Shown here: positions 11,989 through 25,338 of the stretch, piece after piece
Numbering within the stretch: position 1 is the stretch's first letter
Layout of the letters: every line of letters starts with the position of its first letter
Assembly: GCA_951406725.2 (NCBI GenBank)
Contig: OX597832.1
Coordinates: 31,496,001-31,560,000, forward strand
DNA: 64,000 nt
Direction of reading: 5' to 3'
Source: Octopus vulgaris
Lineage: Eukaryota
The notes under the pieces: generated by a model
The model's database searches: none
What the model saw: the letters and a program-made list of their open reading frames with translations, nothing else
Told to the model about the DNA's origin: nothing
Translations under genes and position numbers: made by a program

Positions 11989-14309
11989 TCTACACACACA
12001 TGTATATATGTATTTATGTATATGTAAATACATACATTTATATATGTACACACTTACACACACACACACATATATATATATAACCCTTGCATAAATTGAA
12101 TTTTCAGTATTTTATGCGCGAACTCACTCACACACACACACACTCACACGGAGTAAGTATGTATGTATGCATGTATGTATGTATGTATGTGTATGTATGT
12201 ACGTACATATGTGCGCCGAGATGTAGGAATGCCTGGGTTGGCAGCCGAGGGCGCAGTAAGCCCACTGGGAAAGAGGAGCCGCTGGTCTTTCTCTAGAAGA
12301 ATGCTAACCCTTCTGCGCCGGACATCTTGCATTTTGCTTGTTTTGGGATTTCTTGTTGTTGCTAGAGAGAGTTGATGTGGTGTTGTTCAAGCCGCACTCG
12401 ACCTAAAAACCCTTGAACGGGTACAGCTGGTTTTCCCGCCAGAGATGGTTCTACTCGTCCAACGCATAGACAACAACCATATACATGTAATTATGTAATG
12501 GTTGTTTATACATCCTTGCAATCAACAAAAAGTGCCGTACCTGACTTTCACGCATGGAGAGTGTTACTCATACGTAACATTCATGGGCGGATGCGAGTGA
12601 ATGTCGGAGGCACCACTCTATGATTATATGTAACCAGGGGGATGCTTTCTTGATGGCAACATGATGGCCGGCCTTTTGCCTATTTACGTTAATATCAATA
12701 TGGGAAATACAATCAATTTAACAAACAAAATCTTCAAAAGCTTTCATGAGTGTGTCGAAGGATTAAAAAAATGACCAATGAGTTGTTATTAATTGAGATT
12801 AACGTGATAAATCTATCTAATAAATGAATGACAGAAGTAACCAGATAAATTGAGCGAGTCTTTTTGTTTAACCGCAGCTGGTGTTAACTTCCAGAATATA
12901 TTAACATATATTGCGCCAACTAACAGTGATAATAAATATAGATAATAAATACAGATAATATAGATAATAATATTGATAATAAATACAGATAAAAGAAAGA
13001 ATTTGTTTGCTGGTTTCATGCTATAAGTTTAAAGTGTTGGCGGTTCAATTTTTAAAATCTCCGCTAGTATTTTTCGAAGTGGCGACATTTAGTAAAAAGC
13101 TCAGATTTCTTTTTTTTTAGATAATTTCATGAATCTTTTCCAAAATAAGTTTCTCTATGTCTCTACATAAAGTGAATCATTTTGTGCTATTTATACAGAA
13201 TCTTTTCAACACTAAAATCTAAGATGGTAGCCTGTGATTTGAGGGTTTATGGTTACTATATCTAACATGTATCGCTCTCTCCAGAACACTAAACTAGGTT
13301 TTGATGGATATTTGGTCGTTATATCTTACTTGTCTCTTCTAAACAGTACGTTGTGATTTATGGATTATTCGGCCGCGATAACTAGCATGTTTTCTTTACT
13401 CTTTAAGCAGTAGATTGTGGTTTGACAGATATTTGGCTGCTATTTCTAGCAGTTAAATCCCATAAATGAAGATGTGCCCATAGCCGTGGGAATATTTCGA
13501 ACCTGTAACCTCAATCTGTCGAATGAAACGTAGATCCTCTATTTACCAACCCAACTTTACCTTTCACCTACCTGCCTAATTGCTAATTATCTTTCTATCA
13601 GCTGTTTCTACCTGTTAATTAATTGGTTTTAGTCATTCTTCATCATTGCTGCCAGCAATATACGTCAGCAAAACTGTCAATATTTACCGCTGTTGCCTAC
13701 AGAGCTTCTATCTCTCTCTCTACCTCATTTTCTCACTCACTCACTCACTCTCTCTTTAACTCTCTCTAGCGCTCTCTTACTCTCTCTCTCTCTCTCTCTC
13801 TCCCTCAAACACAATCTCGCTCTTTCGTCAACCATCTTTTCTATATCTCTCTCCGTCTCTCACACATACTTTCTCACATTCTCTCTTTCATCTACCATCC
13901 CTCTCTCTCTCTCTCATCTATGATCTTCTCTATCATACGAACTGTCTTTCTTCATCACCATCTTCTTCCACCTTCTCTCAACCCCCTCTCTCTTACACAC
14001 ACACATAAACCCTCTCCTCTTTCTGTCTGTCTCTCTCTCTAATGGTCACACATCCTTATACACACTCCTTCATCTACCCTTTTGCTCCCCCTCTCACTCA
14101 CTCTTTCTCTCGTCTACACGCTTCTCTCTCCATTATACAAACCCTTTCTCTCCCTTATTATCTTCCACTAATTCTCACTCCTGTACTACTTCTCCTTCAC
14201 AACCGCTCTCTCCCTCTTTCCCTATTTCTTTCTCTCTTTCCCCCTCTCTCTCACTTCTATTGCCCCTCTGTGTCTCCCTCTCTCTTATATATATGTATCT
14301 ATGGGACGA

Positions 14310-14412
14310 CCTTGTTAGTTCTTCAGCCAACCGCAGTCCATTTCTGGATATTGAGTCGCAGAAGTGACGTTCTCTGCGATTCCTTTTTACCGCGTGACGT
14401 AAGCGATTGGGG
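14310..14412. promoter_or_regulatory. Promoter/enhancer-like island with two CRE-type sites and a CCAAT box
   Basis: TGACGT at 14365, TGACGTAA at 14395, ATTGG at 14406; CpG-rich unique sequence between a CT-rich tract and a (GA)n tract. Confidence 0.35.
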
Positions 14413-14424
14413 GAGACGTAGAGG

Positions 14425-14491
<67 letters not shown>

Positions 14492-14577
14492 GGGGGAAAG
14501 CCAGGTGGGAGAAAGACAGAGAAAGGTAGAGGCAGAGACAGAACGAGAAAGTGTGTTAGAGATGAGAGAGGAAACTC

Positions 14578-14720
14578 GTTATCGCCTTAGTAGTACTTAA
14601 TTTATCGTCCCCAAAGGGATGCGAAACAAAATTAACTTCAGCGGGACTTGAACTCATAACGCAGTGGGCCGTAAGGATTACTGCAAGGGATTTTATCTTG
14701 GCATTCTCACCGTCTTCTGA
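14578..14720 (-). mobile_element. SINE family B, decayed
   Basis: gtacttaatttatcg...aaagggatg...ttgaactcataacg matches the reverse complement of family B. Confidence 0.6.
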
Positions 14721-15749
14721 AAATATTGAAAAGAAATTAAAAACAAATATAAACAAAAAAGAAAAACATACATACAAATTTCAAATATATTGTGTGTAAG
14801 TGTGTGTTTATATTTGGCACTGTGTGCACGCGTGTGTACGTGAGTGTGTGTTTTTGTTGGTGTGCATGTATGTGAGTGCGAGTGTATTGAGTACTTTCTC
14901 ACAGCTAAAAACCCGATAGAGAAACCGAAGCATATGTTGTTGCTTTGATCAGATCTTTTCATGAGAAGATTCCAGAATATTTACGTGAATTTAACTGTTT
15001 TGGATTCTCTTTAAACGTTGCCAGTTGCTTTATGGCAGACAAAAAAAAATCAAACAAAAAAAGCAAAAACAAAAATACGCACATAAATGCATACGTACAC
15101 ACATACACATAATACATATATATGCACGTACATAGACACATGCATACAAACATAGACACACATACACAAAAATATTCATATTCACTGTATAAAATATAAT
15201 ATAATATACAGTACACACACACAGACATATGAGAGTGTTGTATAAACACACATTCAAGTTTATGCAGAAACCAATATTCTGCATGTATACACGTATACAT
15301 TAATTCGTACATACATACATACATACATACATACATACATACATACATACATACATACATACATACATACATACATACATTCATACATATATACACACAT
15401 ACATACAAACATACATATGTATATATGCATGTGTTTGTGCGTATCTAATGCATATATGCAAAAATGGATTCATAGATAAAGCATCTGCAGTGATCTGTAT
15501 TTGTGTCTGTGAGAAAATGCTTGCGAGTTTTCTGTACAAACGTGTTCAGTTTTTGTGAGCAAACCGCTGACATGTATGGCCATGTGTATATTTACGCTTA
15601 ATACATACAAACATGCGCATTCACACAGCTTGCTATAAAAACCTTATCTATATATCGCATAGAATACGTATGCATACGTGAATGTGTACTTATCTAACTC
15701 TATATTTCGTTAACTAGTTTTCAGCTCGTGAGGTGCGGCCATGCTGGGG

Positions 15750-16292
15750 CACCTGCGTTAGTTGACTCCTCCTGCTGTATGGAGAATTTGGTGAACGAGG
15801 GAATTTGATATCATTACCCTCAGCTGCCTTTCCTACTGCGAGGTAGGCTTTGAAAGGAGGAGATCCAGTTTTTTTTTTCAAGACACCTACATCCACCCCA
15901 TGTAAGTCTCTCAGGTTTTTTGGGGGTGGAGATGAATTATTGAGGAGCTGTGGTCCCTTGAAACGTATCCTGTATCTTGATGGTGATGTTGGGAACTTTG
16001 GCATTATTCATTTCTGTTGTTCGTGTCACTTTTCAAGATGTATTTCACTGATAATCTTCGTCGTTCTGTCTTGACTTTCCCAGTTTTTCCTAAAAGCTGA
16101 CATGTTGCATTGAGACGGTCTTTGTGTAACTTGACATGATTGCTTCGAGTTCTGCCGGTAATTTTACGCCGTGTGGTGACCATAATTGGGAGCAGCAGAT
16201 TAAGCGGCCGAGGACAAATGTCCTGCAAAGGACTGGCGAGGTTTCCTGATCCCTTGTTCTGTAAGTTCTAAGGAAAGCAAATGTTTCACTTT
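15750..16292 (-). mobile_element. CR1/L2-group LINE 3' fragment with internal deletions
   Basis: Minus ORFs FLRTYRTRD...RTFVLGRLICCSQLWSPH...ELEAI (decayed 'LDYCSQLWSP' motif) and FKGPQLLN...PKNLRDLHGVDV. Confidence 0.8.
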
Positions 16293-16386
16293 CATACAAT
16301 ATGATTAGAAATGGAGGGATTTAGAAACAAGTGTTGCTTTAAATTCATTCTTCGTCTTCTTAATTTCATTACACGCACACACACAG

Positions 16387-16450
<64 letters not shown>

Positions 16451-16463
16451 GCACGCACGTACG

Positions 16464-16502
<39 letters not shown>

Positions 16503-17044
16503 CACGTATGCTTGTATATGTGTATGTATAGGAGTAGTACAAAGTGTGTTTTCAGAGAATCGTGCGCTCATCACAGGAAGCTCCTCTTACGGATTCGGCT
16601 ATCAGTCCACATTACAAACAGTTATAGAGATGTGTAATGTAAAGTGTCCGTGTAACTGAAAATCCAGAACATCCGATTGATAAAAATATTTCCTGAGTAG
16701 TAAATAAAAACCATAAAACCAGGAAGTATGATAGATGAACATGTATTTCTTTAATCACGTGACTTCCATAGGCCCACGAACGTTTCGCAAGAATCTTCGT
16801 GTAATATGCATTTCAGCATAGAAGAAATTATGCGTATACGTTTACATGAAAATGAATGCTGAGCATTATGCTTTACTGATGTATATTCATCAATTGATAC
16901 AAAGAAAGCTAGCTCATCAGATAGCCGGAGCGCACAGAAATAACGACTATATCAGAATGGTTACGAAACAAACGTAATCCGATGGAAGTAACGTTGTTTC
17001 ATAAAAAATATATTCGCCTCTCGTAGCTCGTAACTTTATGGTGT

Positions 17045-17076
<32 letters not shown>

Positions 17077-17316
17077 TGTATGTATGTATGTATGTATGTA
17101 TGTATGTATGTATGTATGTATGCATGCATGTATGTGTGTATGTATGTATGTATGTATGTATGTATGTATGTATGCATGCATGTATGTGTGTATGTATGTA
17201 TGCATGTATGTATGTACGTGTGTGTATATGTGATTGTATGTGTGCGTCTATCTGTCTAACATACTGGTGCATACATAATATATATATGTATATATACACA
17301 CACATTTGTACTTGTA

Positions 17317-17443
<127 letters not shown>

Positions 17444-17838
17444 GTTTATGTGGATATATATATTCTTTTACAAAAAAGTGCGTTTTCACAGAACAAATGT
17501 TTTTTGTATGACAGTTCTACTGAAATTATATAGGTATACGTATTCTCACGGTGACTTCAGTATGCATACATACATACATGCACACACATACATACATACA
17601 TTCATGTAAATTATATAAGCATATTTAAAAAAAAAGGTGAGAAGAATGGAAGCGAACAAAGAAAAATAAAGAGTTACGCGTTGCTTCGAGTGTTTTTTAT
17701 AGAAAAAAGGTTTTAGAATCTGCGTTTTTGAGTTTTGCAGCTAAAAAGGGATTTTTTGTGGTATAGGGAAAGAAAGTTAGATTCAACGTTTTGGTGGTGG
17801 TGGTGTTGATGGTGGTATTGTTGATGATGTTTTTGGTG

Positions 17839-17871
<33 letters not shown>

Positions 17872-17992
17872 TGGTGTGTGTGGTGTGTGTGTGTGGTGTG
17901 TGTGTGTGTGTGTGGGGGGGCGGAATTTCTTTTTCTCTTGCTTCTTTTCTTTCGACGGTTTCTTCTCTGGTTCAGATTTCGTTTGTTCAACT

Positions 17993-18290
17993 TTCTTCTT
18001 CTTCTTCTTCTTCTTCTTCTTCTTCTTCTTCTTCTTCTTCTTCTTCTTCTTCTTCTTCTTCTTCTTCTTCTTCTTCTTCTTCTTCTTCTTCTTCTTCTTC
18101 TTCTTCTTCTTCTTCTTCTTCTTCTTCTATTTCTTCTTCTTCTTCTTCTTCTTCTTCTTCTTCTTCTCCTCCTCCTCCTCCTTCTTCTTCTTCTTCTTCT
18201 TCTTCTTCTACTTCTTCTTCTTCTTCTTCTTCTTCTACTATTTCTTCTCTTTCTTCTTCTTCTCTTTCTTCTTCTTTTCTTTCTTCTCCT
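17993..18290. repeat. (CTT)n microsatellite
   Basis: Long, nearly pure CTT run decaying at the 3' side. Confidence 0.95.
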
Positions 18291-18966
18291 TCTGTCTTCC
18301 GTCTTCGGTTTGCTCTTTGACTTCCTTCCACGACGTTTCCGTTTCTTTTGCGCTTTAGGAACTCTCTCGTCTGCCACCTTTCGTTTGACGAGCAAATCCA
18401 TTACTCGATGTTAGCTATGAATACGAGATGGAAGAGCAAATAAGACGCCACCAGGCGCCTGCTTCCCACGTCAGTCGTATAAGAGAGGCTGAACGTTTGA
18501 CCTGCTAGAAATATCAGTGAAGCATCCCTCGAATTACGCCGAAGCAACTCATATGGGCTGAGAGCCGGTTATACGATGTTGACCTACACAACCTTGAATA
18601 AAACAGATGGTCACGTATGGAATGTCTTTCAACATAGTTCCCTTTCAGTTAGCGTTTTTTCCGGTCACAAGAAGGTCACCGCCACCGACACCTCAACCCC
18701 AACCCCACTGCTCTACAACCACCTCCACTACGACGACGACCACCACCACCCTCCTCCTCCTCCTCCTCCTCCTCCTCTACATTATCATCATCATCATCAT
18801 CATTGCCATCGTTACAAAGCACAGAATGCTTTAAGTAGCTTCTGCTGAAATAGAACTCAAGCGTAGGGATCTCTGTCTGTCTGTGTGTCGAGCACTATGC
18901 ACACACAGACACACACACATACACACACACTCACACTCACACACATGTCGCACGCGCGCATATACA

Positions 18967-19036
<70 letters not shown>

Positions 19037-19073
19037 CCTACCCACCTACCTATCTATATATATACATATATAC

Positions 19074-19117
<44 letters not shown>

Positions 19118-19755
19118 GTATATATGTATGCATATATATGTGTGTGTGAGTATATAAGTAAATGGATATATAGATGTGTCTGTGTTTGTATAGTAATACA
19201 CAAACACATTTACATACACATATATATCTCTGTGTAAGGCTATATATGCATATGTATGGATATGTGTGTGTATGTACATTTCTATGTATGCATTTATGTA
19301 TGCATGTATGCATGGGCGTATGCATGTATGTATGTATAGAATGGAAATACCATCTGTTTCGATGACAGCTTCATTTTTCTAAACAACACTTGTAAATAGG
19401 AAATACATTTAAACAATACAATCGAGATCTTTTGCAACAAAGCAGTTAAAAGGGTGTTTTTTGCTTCCTACAGCAGCGTCTCCTGAGATTCTTCGTGGAG
19501 ATTATTCCAAAGATAAGAACAACATGTCTTTAGCTTTTCAGGAATACAAATCTGATGTTAAATACTCTCTGTTGAGGTTAACTTGTTAAAGTCTGACAAA
19601 TCAGCAAAGTTTTCTATCATCTGCAGCACCGAAATCCGAAAAATTCTGTTTCTGCTCCGCCCACTTCTGAAAACGAATTTGGTTGCTATTGTTGTTATTT
19701 TTGTTTTACTGTTGTCATTATTGTTACGTTTGTTATTATTATTATTATTATTATT

Positions 19756-20054
19756 GAGTGAGAGAGCAGTTCATGCCATCAAAGTGACACTGGGGTAAAA
19801 TATACGAAGCCCAATATACCCATCATGACTACCCGTCTGATAAAGGTACACCAGGCACATGCATCACAACCACATGTGCGTGACATGGTGATCTCATATC
19901 AAGATAAACAGCACATGACCTTGCAGGTAGGGCCCAGTTAGAATTTTCTTCAGGTTGAGTAGCCCATCCCGCTCAAACGGTCCCTGAATAAGGGTTGTTT
20001 AAGGATGTTGAAAGAACCACCCATGTTTCCAGAGGTGAACTATTCAAACCCCAA

Positions 20055-20055
<1 letters not shown>
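19756..20055 (-). mobile_element. (TAA)n-embedded retroposon, short copy
   Basis: Near-identical to the first 300 bp of 20091-20640 and to the reverse complement of 43117-43452; flanked by (ATT)n on both sides. Confidence 0.85.
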
Positions 20056-20090
<35 letters not shown>

Positions 20091-20640
20091 GAGTGAGAGA
20101 GCAGTTCATGCCATCAAAGTGACACTGGGGTAAAATATACGAAGCCCAATATACCCATCATAACTACCCGTTCTGATAAAGGTACACCAGGCACATGCAT
20201 CACAACCATATGTGGGCGACATGGTGATCTCATATCAAGATAAACAGCACATGACCTTGCAGGTGGGGCCCAGTTAGAATTTTCTTCAGGTTGAGTAGCC
20301 CATCCCGCTCAAACGGTCCCTGAATAAGGGTTGTTTAAGGATGTTGAAAGAACCACCCATGTTTCCAGAGGTGAACTATTCAAACCCCAAAGAATCCTTC
20401 TCAACACATGGCTATGATGCTCCCCCACTACTTCTGCTCGTGATCAGAGATGCACATATCATCAGCCACTAAGGGACATGCTCAACTGGTTAAGGTCAAA
20501 CAACTGACAAGCAAGTCTGTGGTATTGAGCAGAATATTTGCTGTAGCCCATCTTTTATACCAAGACAAAACAATGTACATGATAACACTTCCAATCAGTT
20601 AAGATCAGAAGCCATGAGAGCCACTGCCTGGTACTGCATC
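20091..20640 (-). mobile_element. (TAA)n-embedded retroposon, long copy
   Basis: Shares the fixed end gagtgagagagcag with the other two copies while the opposite end varies, consistent with 5' truncation; flanked by (ATT)n and (ATC)n. Confidence 0.85.
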
Positions 20641-20655
20641 ATTATTATTATCATT

Positions 20656-20766
<111 letters not shown>

Positions 20767-20771
20767 GCTGA

Positions 20772-20985
20772 GGCGCAGAGCTGGTGGAATCGTTAGCACT
20801 TTGGGCGAAATGCTTAACAGTATTTCGTCCGTCTTTACGATCTAAGTTCAAATTCTGCTTGGGTCGATTTTGCCTTTCATCCTTTCGGGGTCGATTAATT
20901 AAGTACCAGTGAAACACTAGGGTTGATGTAATTGACACATCCCCTCCCCCAAAATGGCTGTCCCTGTGCCCTTAGCAGAAAGGAT
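20772..20985 (+). mobile_element. SINE family B
   Basis: ggcgcagagctggtggaatcgttagc head followed by gcctttcatcctttcggggtcga. Confidence 0.85.
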
Positions 20986-21000
20986 TATTATCATTATTAT

Positions 21001-21342
21001 GTTTTTTCCTTCTTTCTTCAAATTTTCTTCCGTTTCTCGCCGAGTGTTTTCCATACACCTAGGGCAGAGAAGGGCATTGTATGCATTCCCAGATTACACG
21101 CGCAAATTTACAGATAAAATATGTATTTAAAAATTAATAAATAAATAAATTCATGGATGGATGTTATTTTCACAGCGATAATGCTCTTCTCCGTACATGA
21201 GCCGTTCCAGTTAATACGATTTTTTGCACTTCCTGTAGGGATGGTAAGCCTGGAATCATTTTCAAATAGGTTTCAGTACCTTTTTTTTATCATTCCTAGA
21301 GATCCTACAATCACTGGTACTGTAGTCGCCTTGAGATGTCAC
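21001..21342 (-). mobile_element. R4/Dong-like LINE 3' end
   Basis: Minus strand HLKATTVPVIVGSLGMIKK/GTETYLKMIPGLPSLQEVQKIVLTGTAHVRRRALSL* (one frameshift in an A-run) matches the 'PVIVG.LG...QK..LLGTA.ILR' R4/Dong terminus; abuts (ATT)n. Confidence 0.85.
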
Positions 21343-21430
<88 letters not shown>

Positions 21431-21489
21431 AAGATAGCGAGCTGGTAGAAACGTTAGGAAGCCGGTCGAAATGCTTGAGAGCAGATCCA

Positions 21490-21697
21490 AGCCCCCCAAA
21501 AGCTGCTCTGTTGGGGACAGCTAGGATTTTGAAATTGGAACTTGAATGTTGAATGTCTCCCACGATAATTAACAACCAAGTATCGAAGCTTATAATGTGT
21601 GGAAAGAGACCCTGTGAGACCTCTGACAACAGGCTGCTGTCTGCTCTCAGAGAATCTATCAGAACAAACAAGACTGTGTACTCTGAGAAGTAAAACA
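21490..21697 (+). mobile_element. R4/Dong-like LINE 3' end, second family
   Basis: KAALLGTARILKLELEC* followed by a distinct 3' UTR. Confidence 0.7.
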
Positions 21698-21726
21698 ACA
21701 ATGATGGTAATAAATAATCGTATAAC

Positions 21727-21782
<56 letters not shown>

Positions 21783-21986
21783 ATGAAAAAGAAGAATGAG
21801 GCATCATTTATATCTAGAGACATGCTTCCAATAATTCTTGAAACTTGACCAAAAAACTTTTTCTTGTAAAATTTTCCATTTATATACTTTAAAATTATTC
21901 TTTAAAATATTCCTTAGATTTTATAGAATCTTCTCCAACATTTTCCTTCGTAACTCTTTCTTTCTTTCCTTCTTTCTTTCTTTCCT

Positions 21987-22026
<40 letters not shown>

Positions 22027-22030
22027 TCCT

Positions 22031-22081
<51 letters not shown>

Positions 22082-22118
22082 ATATTCTTGTGTTGTCAAC
22101 AACAACAACAACAACACC

Positions 22119-22173
<55 letters not shown>

Positions 22174-22766
22174 GTGAAACACTCGTGCCGACCATTAATC
22201 ACCTTCGTCCTTTCCTGCCTCGCATAACTTCCACTTCTTTCGCTGCCTCCCTTCCATTCGTGCCCATCCTACCAGACCAACACCCTGTTCTATACACCAG
22301 TCTATCAATCACTGTTTAACATTAATCAAACACATTTTGCCAAAATGAATAAATGAATGAAAACATTAAAATAAAATATATTATAATAAATTATATAAAA
22401 AAAAGACAACAAAACTTATACAAAACTGTTTAAAAACCATAAAAAAAAATCTGCTGAGAATAATGAATATAAAATATTTAAAATAAAATATATTCAAAAA
22501 TACCGAGAAAGAGATAAGAATATTTTTAAAGATAAGAAAAATTGTGGTTGGAATGATTTTTGCTTATAGACATATTGTGTAGACAGATACATATATTATA
22601 CAAACATATACATACATTCTCTCTCACATACACGTACGCACACACACACAGACACACAAACAATCAGACATGTACACACATGATTATAAATATATATGTA
22701 CATACACACCAACATACATGCATACATATATATATGCATATCTATAAATATCTATGTATGTGTGTG

Positions 22767-22840
<74 letters not shown>

Positions 22841-23725
22841 CTTGCACACACCTGTGAACACTCAAACGTATGTTTAATAATAAATCTGCATGTACGTATG
22901 TATATCAAAATATATATTTTGATATATTAGAATACACACATGCATATATACATATACATACATATCTATCTATCTGTCTATCTTTCTACCTACTTACCTA
23001 TCTACCTGTCTACCTACCTACCTACCTACCTACCTACCTACCTACCTACCTACCTACCTACCTACCTACCTACCTACCTACTTACTTATCTATCTATCTA
23101 TCTATCGATTTTTGGGATGCTTTTGCTGCTTTAATAAAAAAGCATAATACTCTACTTTTGGTATCGAGTACTATTCTTCGACCTTGCTTTGCATTTACAT
23201 GCTTGCTCGTGTATTTACATACATATGCATATATATACCTAATATTTTGGTGGTAATTGATTTCCTTAAAATAATAAGTCTGTAAATAAAAACTTGTAGT
23301 TTATATTCATATAAGTAAATGGAGATTCTGAAGGTAATAAGAATATATTATCAGCAACAAATCAAACATTTACCTTACAGCTGTTTCGATTAATACTCAG
23401 TGAATTAATTAAATATTAAGTTCATATTTCTGAATATAATATTTTCAGAGGGAACAAAAATATACCTTGAAATGTTTTATATGTTTGTTTATGGATAGTA
23501 AACAGAGAGATAATTAAGGTATAAGACAGAAATATAATTAAGGTATAAATGATTATCTTATGGACTTCATTACTCTACAGCTGTTTCTGCAATATGACGC
23601 AACAGACTCACAGCTGAGAACCCGAAAAGCAGCTTATAGCTTCGTAGGAGCCTCCTTGTCACATTCTTCTCTTTTTCTTTCTCCCTCCCTTTGTTTCACT
23701 TTACTCTCTTCCCTCCCCCTACAGC

Positions 23726-23764
<39 letters not shown>

Positions 23765-24316
23765 CCATTTCTGATTTTTCGATATTGGATATTGTTGTTC
23801 TCTGACTGAGAAAAAAACACAGAACAAACAAAGAACAAACAAACAAAAAAAGAAGTAATGTGCCAAATATGTTGTTTGACCATAGATTTGTTCGATCGGG
23901 ACTAGTATTGAACTAACCAACAACAACAGCAGCAGCAACAGCAGCAGCAACAGCAGCAGCAACAGCAGCAGCAACAGCAGCAGCAACAGTAGCAGCAACA
24001 GCAGCAGCAACAACAACTGCAATAACAATAACCAACACTGCTTTCTATTTTATTAATGAGAAAATAATTTCTCTGATTGCAAGAGAACAATATGTCTGCT
24101 TTAAAAACGAGAAAAAAAGAAAGTTATTTTATTCAGAAATCAGTTAAATCAGGTCAATTTTACATAGTAAGAATTGTTTCACCGAGAATCTTCCATAGAT
24201 TTCCATAAAACCTTACAAGTAAGTTAGCTTGTTTGAACAATCAAGAAGTGCTGTTGGGGGTTTAATCTGAAATTCCGGGCGCCATCCGGCCGGATATATA
24301 TCTTAATTGATAACAA

Positions 24317-24665
24317 AAGTGTGAAACAGATCAGCGAAAAGGTGTGAATTACGTCGGCAGGAGGTGTTGGAAATAAATTGCTTGGAGGTGTGAATTACAT
24401 CAGCAGGAGGTGTGAACTACGTCACGTGACCGGCGTGAAAGAAGGTCGCAAAAAGGTGTGAATCTTCCTGGGACGAAGGTGTGAAGTACATCAAGCACGT
24501 CAGGTAGAAATTTCTGAAACGAGGTGTTAGACAACCGGACAGTCCAAATATTCGGGTGAGGGTGGGCAGGGGAGAGGACGGAGGAAGAGGAGAAGGAGGA
24601 GGACGGAGGTGAGGAAAAGGGAATGGTGGAGGTGTGTGAACTACGACAGCATGAAAGGTGTAAAG
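24317..24665 (+). promoter_or_regulatory. Periodic array of T-box-like motifs (AGGTGTGAA) with bZIP/Maf-like linkers
   Basis: Motif starts at 24317, 24340, 24362, 24386, 24408, 24431, 24454, 24477 and 24522, then about 24632 and 24656; all on the same strand. The array is observed; function is inferred. Confidence 0.55.
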
Positions 24666-24740
24666 TAATTTGAAGACATAATTACTGTGTCCCCCCCCCC
24701 CCACATAGCTATACACACCAATATATACACATACGCATAT

Positions 24741-25146
24741 ACTCTTTTACTCTTTTACGCTTTTACTTGTTTCAGTCATTTGACTGCGGCCATGCTGGAG
24801 CACCGCCTTTAATCGAGCAACTCGACCCTGGGACTTATTCTTTTGTAAGCCCAGTACTTATTCTATCGGTCTCTTTTGCCGAACCGCTAAGTAACGGGGA
24901 CGTAAACACACCAGCATCGGTTGTCAAACACAGACACACAAACACACACACGCATATACATATATATATATGTATACATATATACGACGGGCTTCTTTCA
25001 GTTTCCGTCTACCAAATCCGCTCACAAGGATTTGGTCGGCCCGAGGCCATAGTAGAAGACACTTGCCCAAAGTGTCATTCTGTAGGACTGAACCGGGGAC
25101 CATGTGGTTGGGAAGCAAGCTACTTACCACACAGCCACTCCTGCGC
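24741..25146 (-). mobile_element. SINE family A, full length
   Basis: Complete head gcgcaggagtggctgtgtggtaag through to an (agtaaaag)n tail on the minus strand. Confidence 0.9.
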
Positions 25147-25176
25147 ATATGCATATATATTAAATATCGATTCATA

Positions 25177-25219
<43 letters not shown>

Positions 25220-25338
25220 TTAGAACATGCGAAATACGCCATGTAGTAGTTAGTAGCTGTTGCTGATTTTAGTCCAAGGCCATTTCTGGTAAAATGGATC
25301 TGTAATGAAATAAGTTCCATCCATGACCGTTCGATATA

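Noticed and set aside
17697-18401. Basic protamine-like ORF (MDLLVKRK...poly-Arg)
   Set aside because: The poly-Arg is the (CTT)n microsatellite and the N-terminus is the antisense of a pyrimidine-rich tract; no other support.
20590-20640. Faint resemblance to U2 snRNA segments
   Set aside because: Only two short imperfect matches; no branch-point recognition sequence or Sm site.
24317-24530. CRISPR-like repeat-spacer interpretation of the periodic array
   Set aside because: The repeat is only about 9 bp, linkers are about 14 bp and related to one another, the context is eukaryotic and there are no cas genes.
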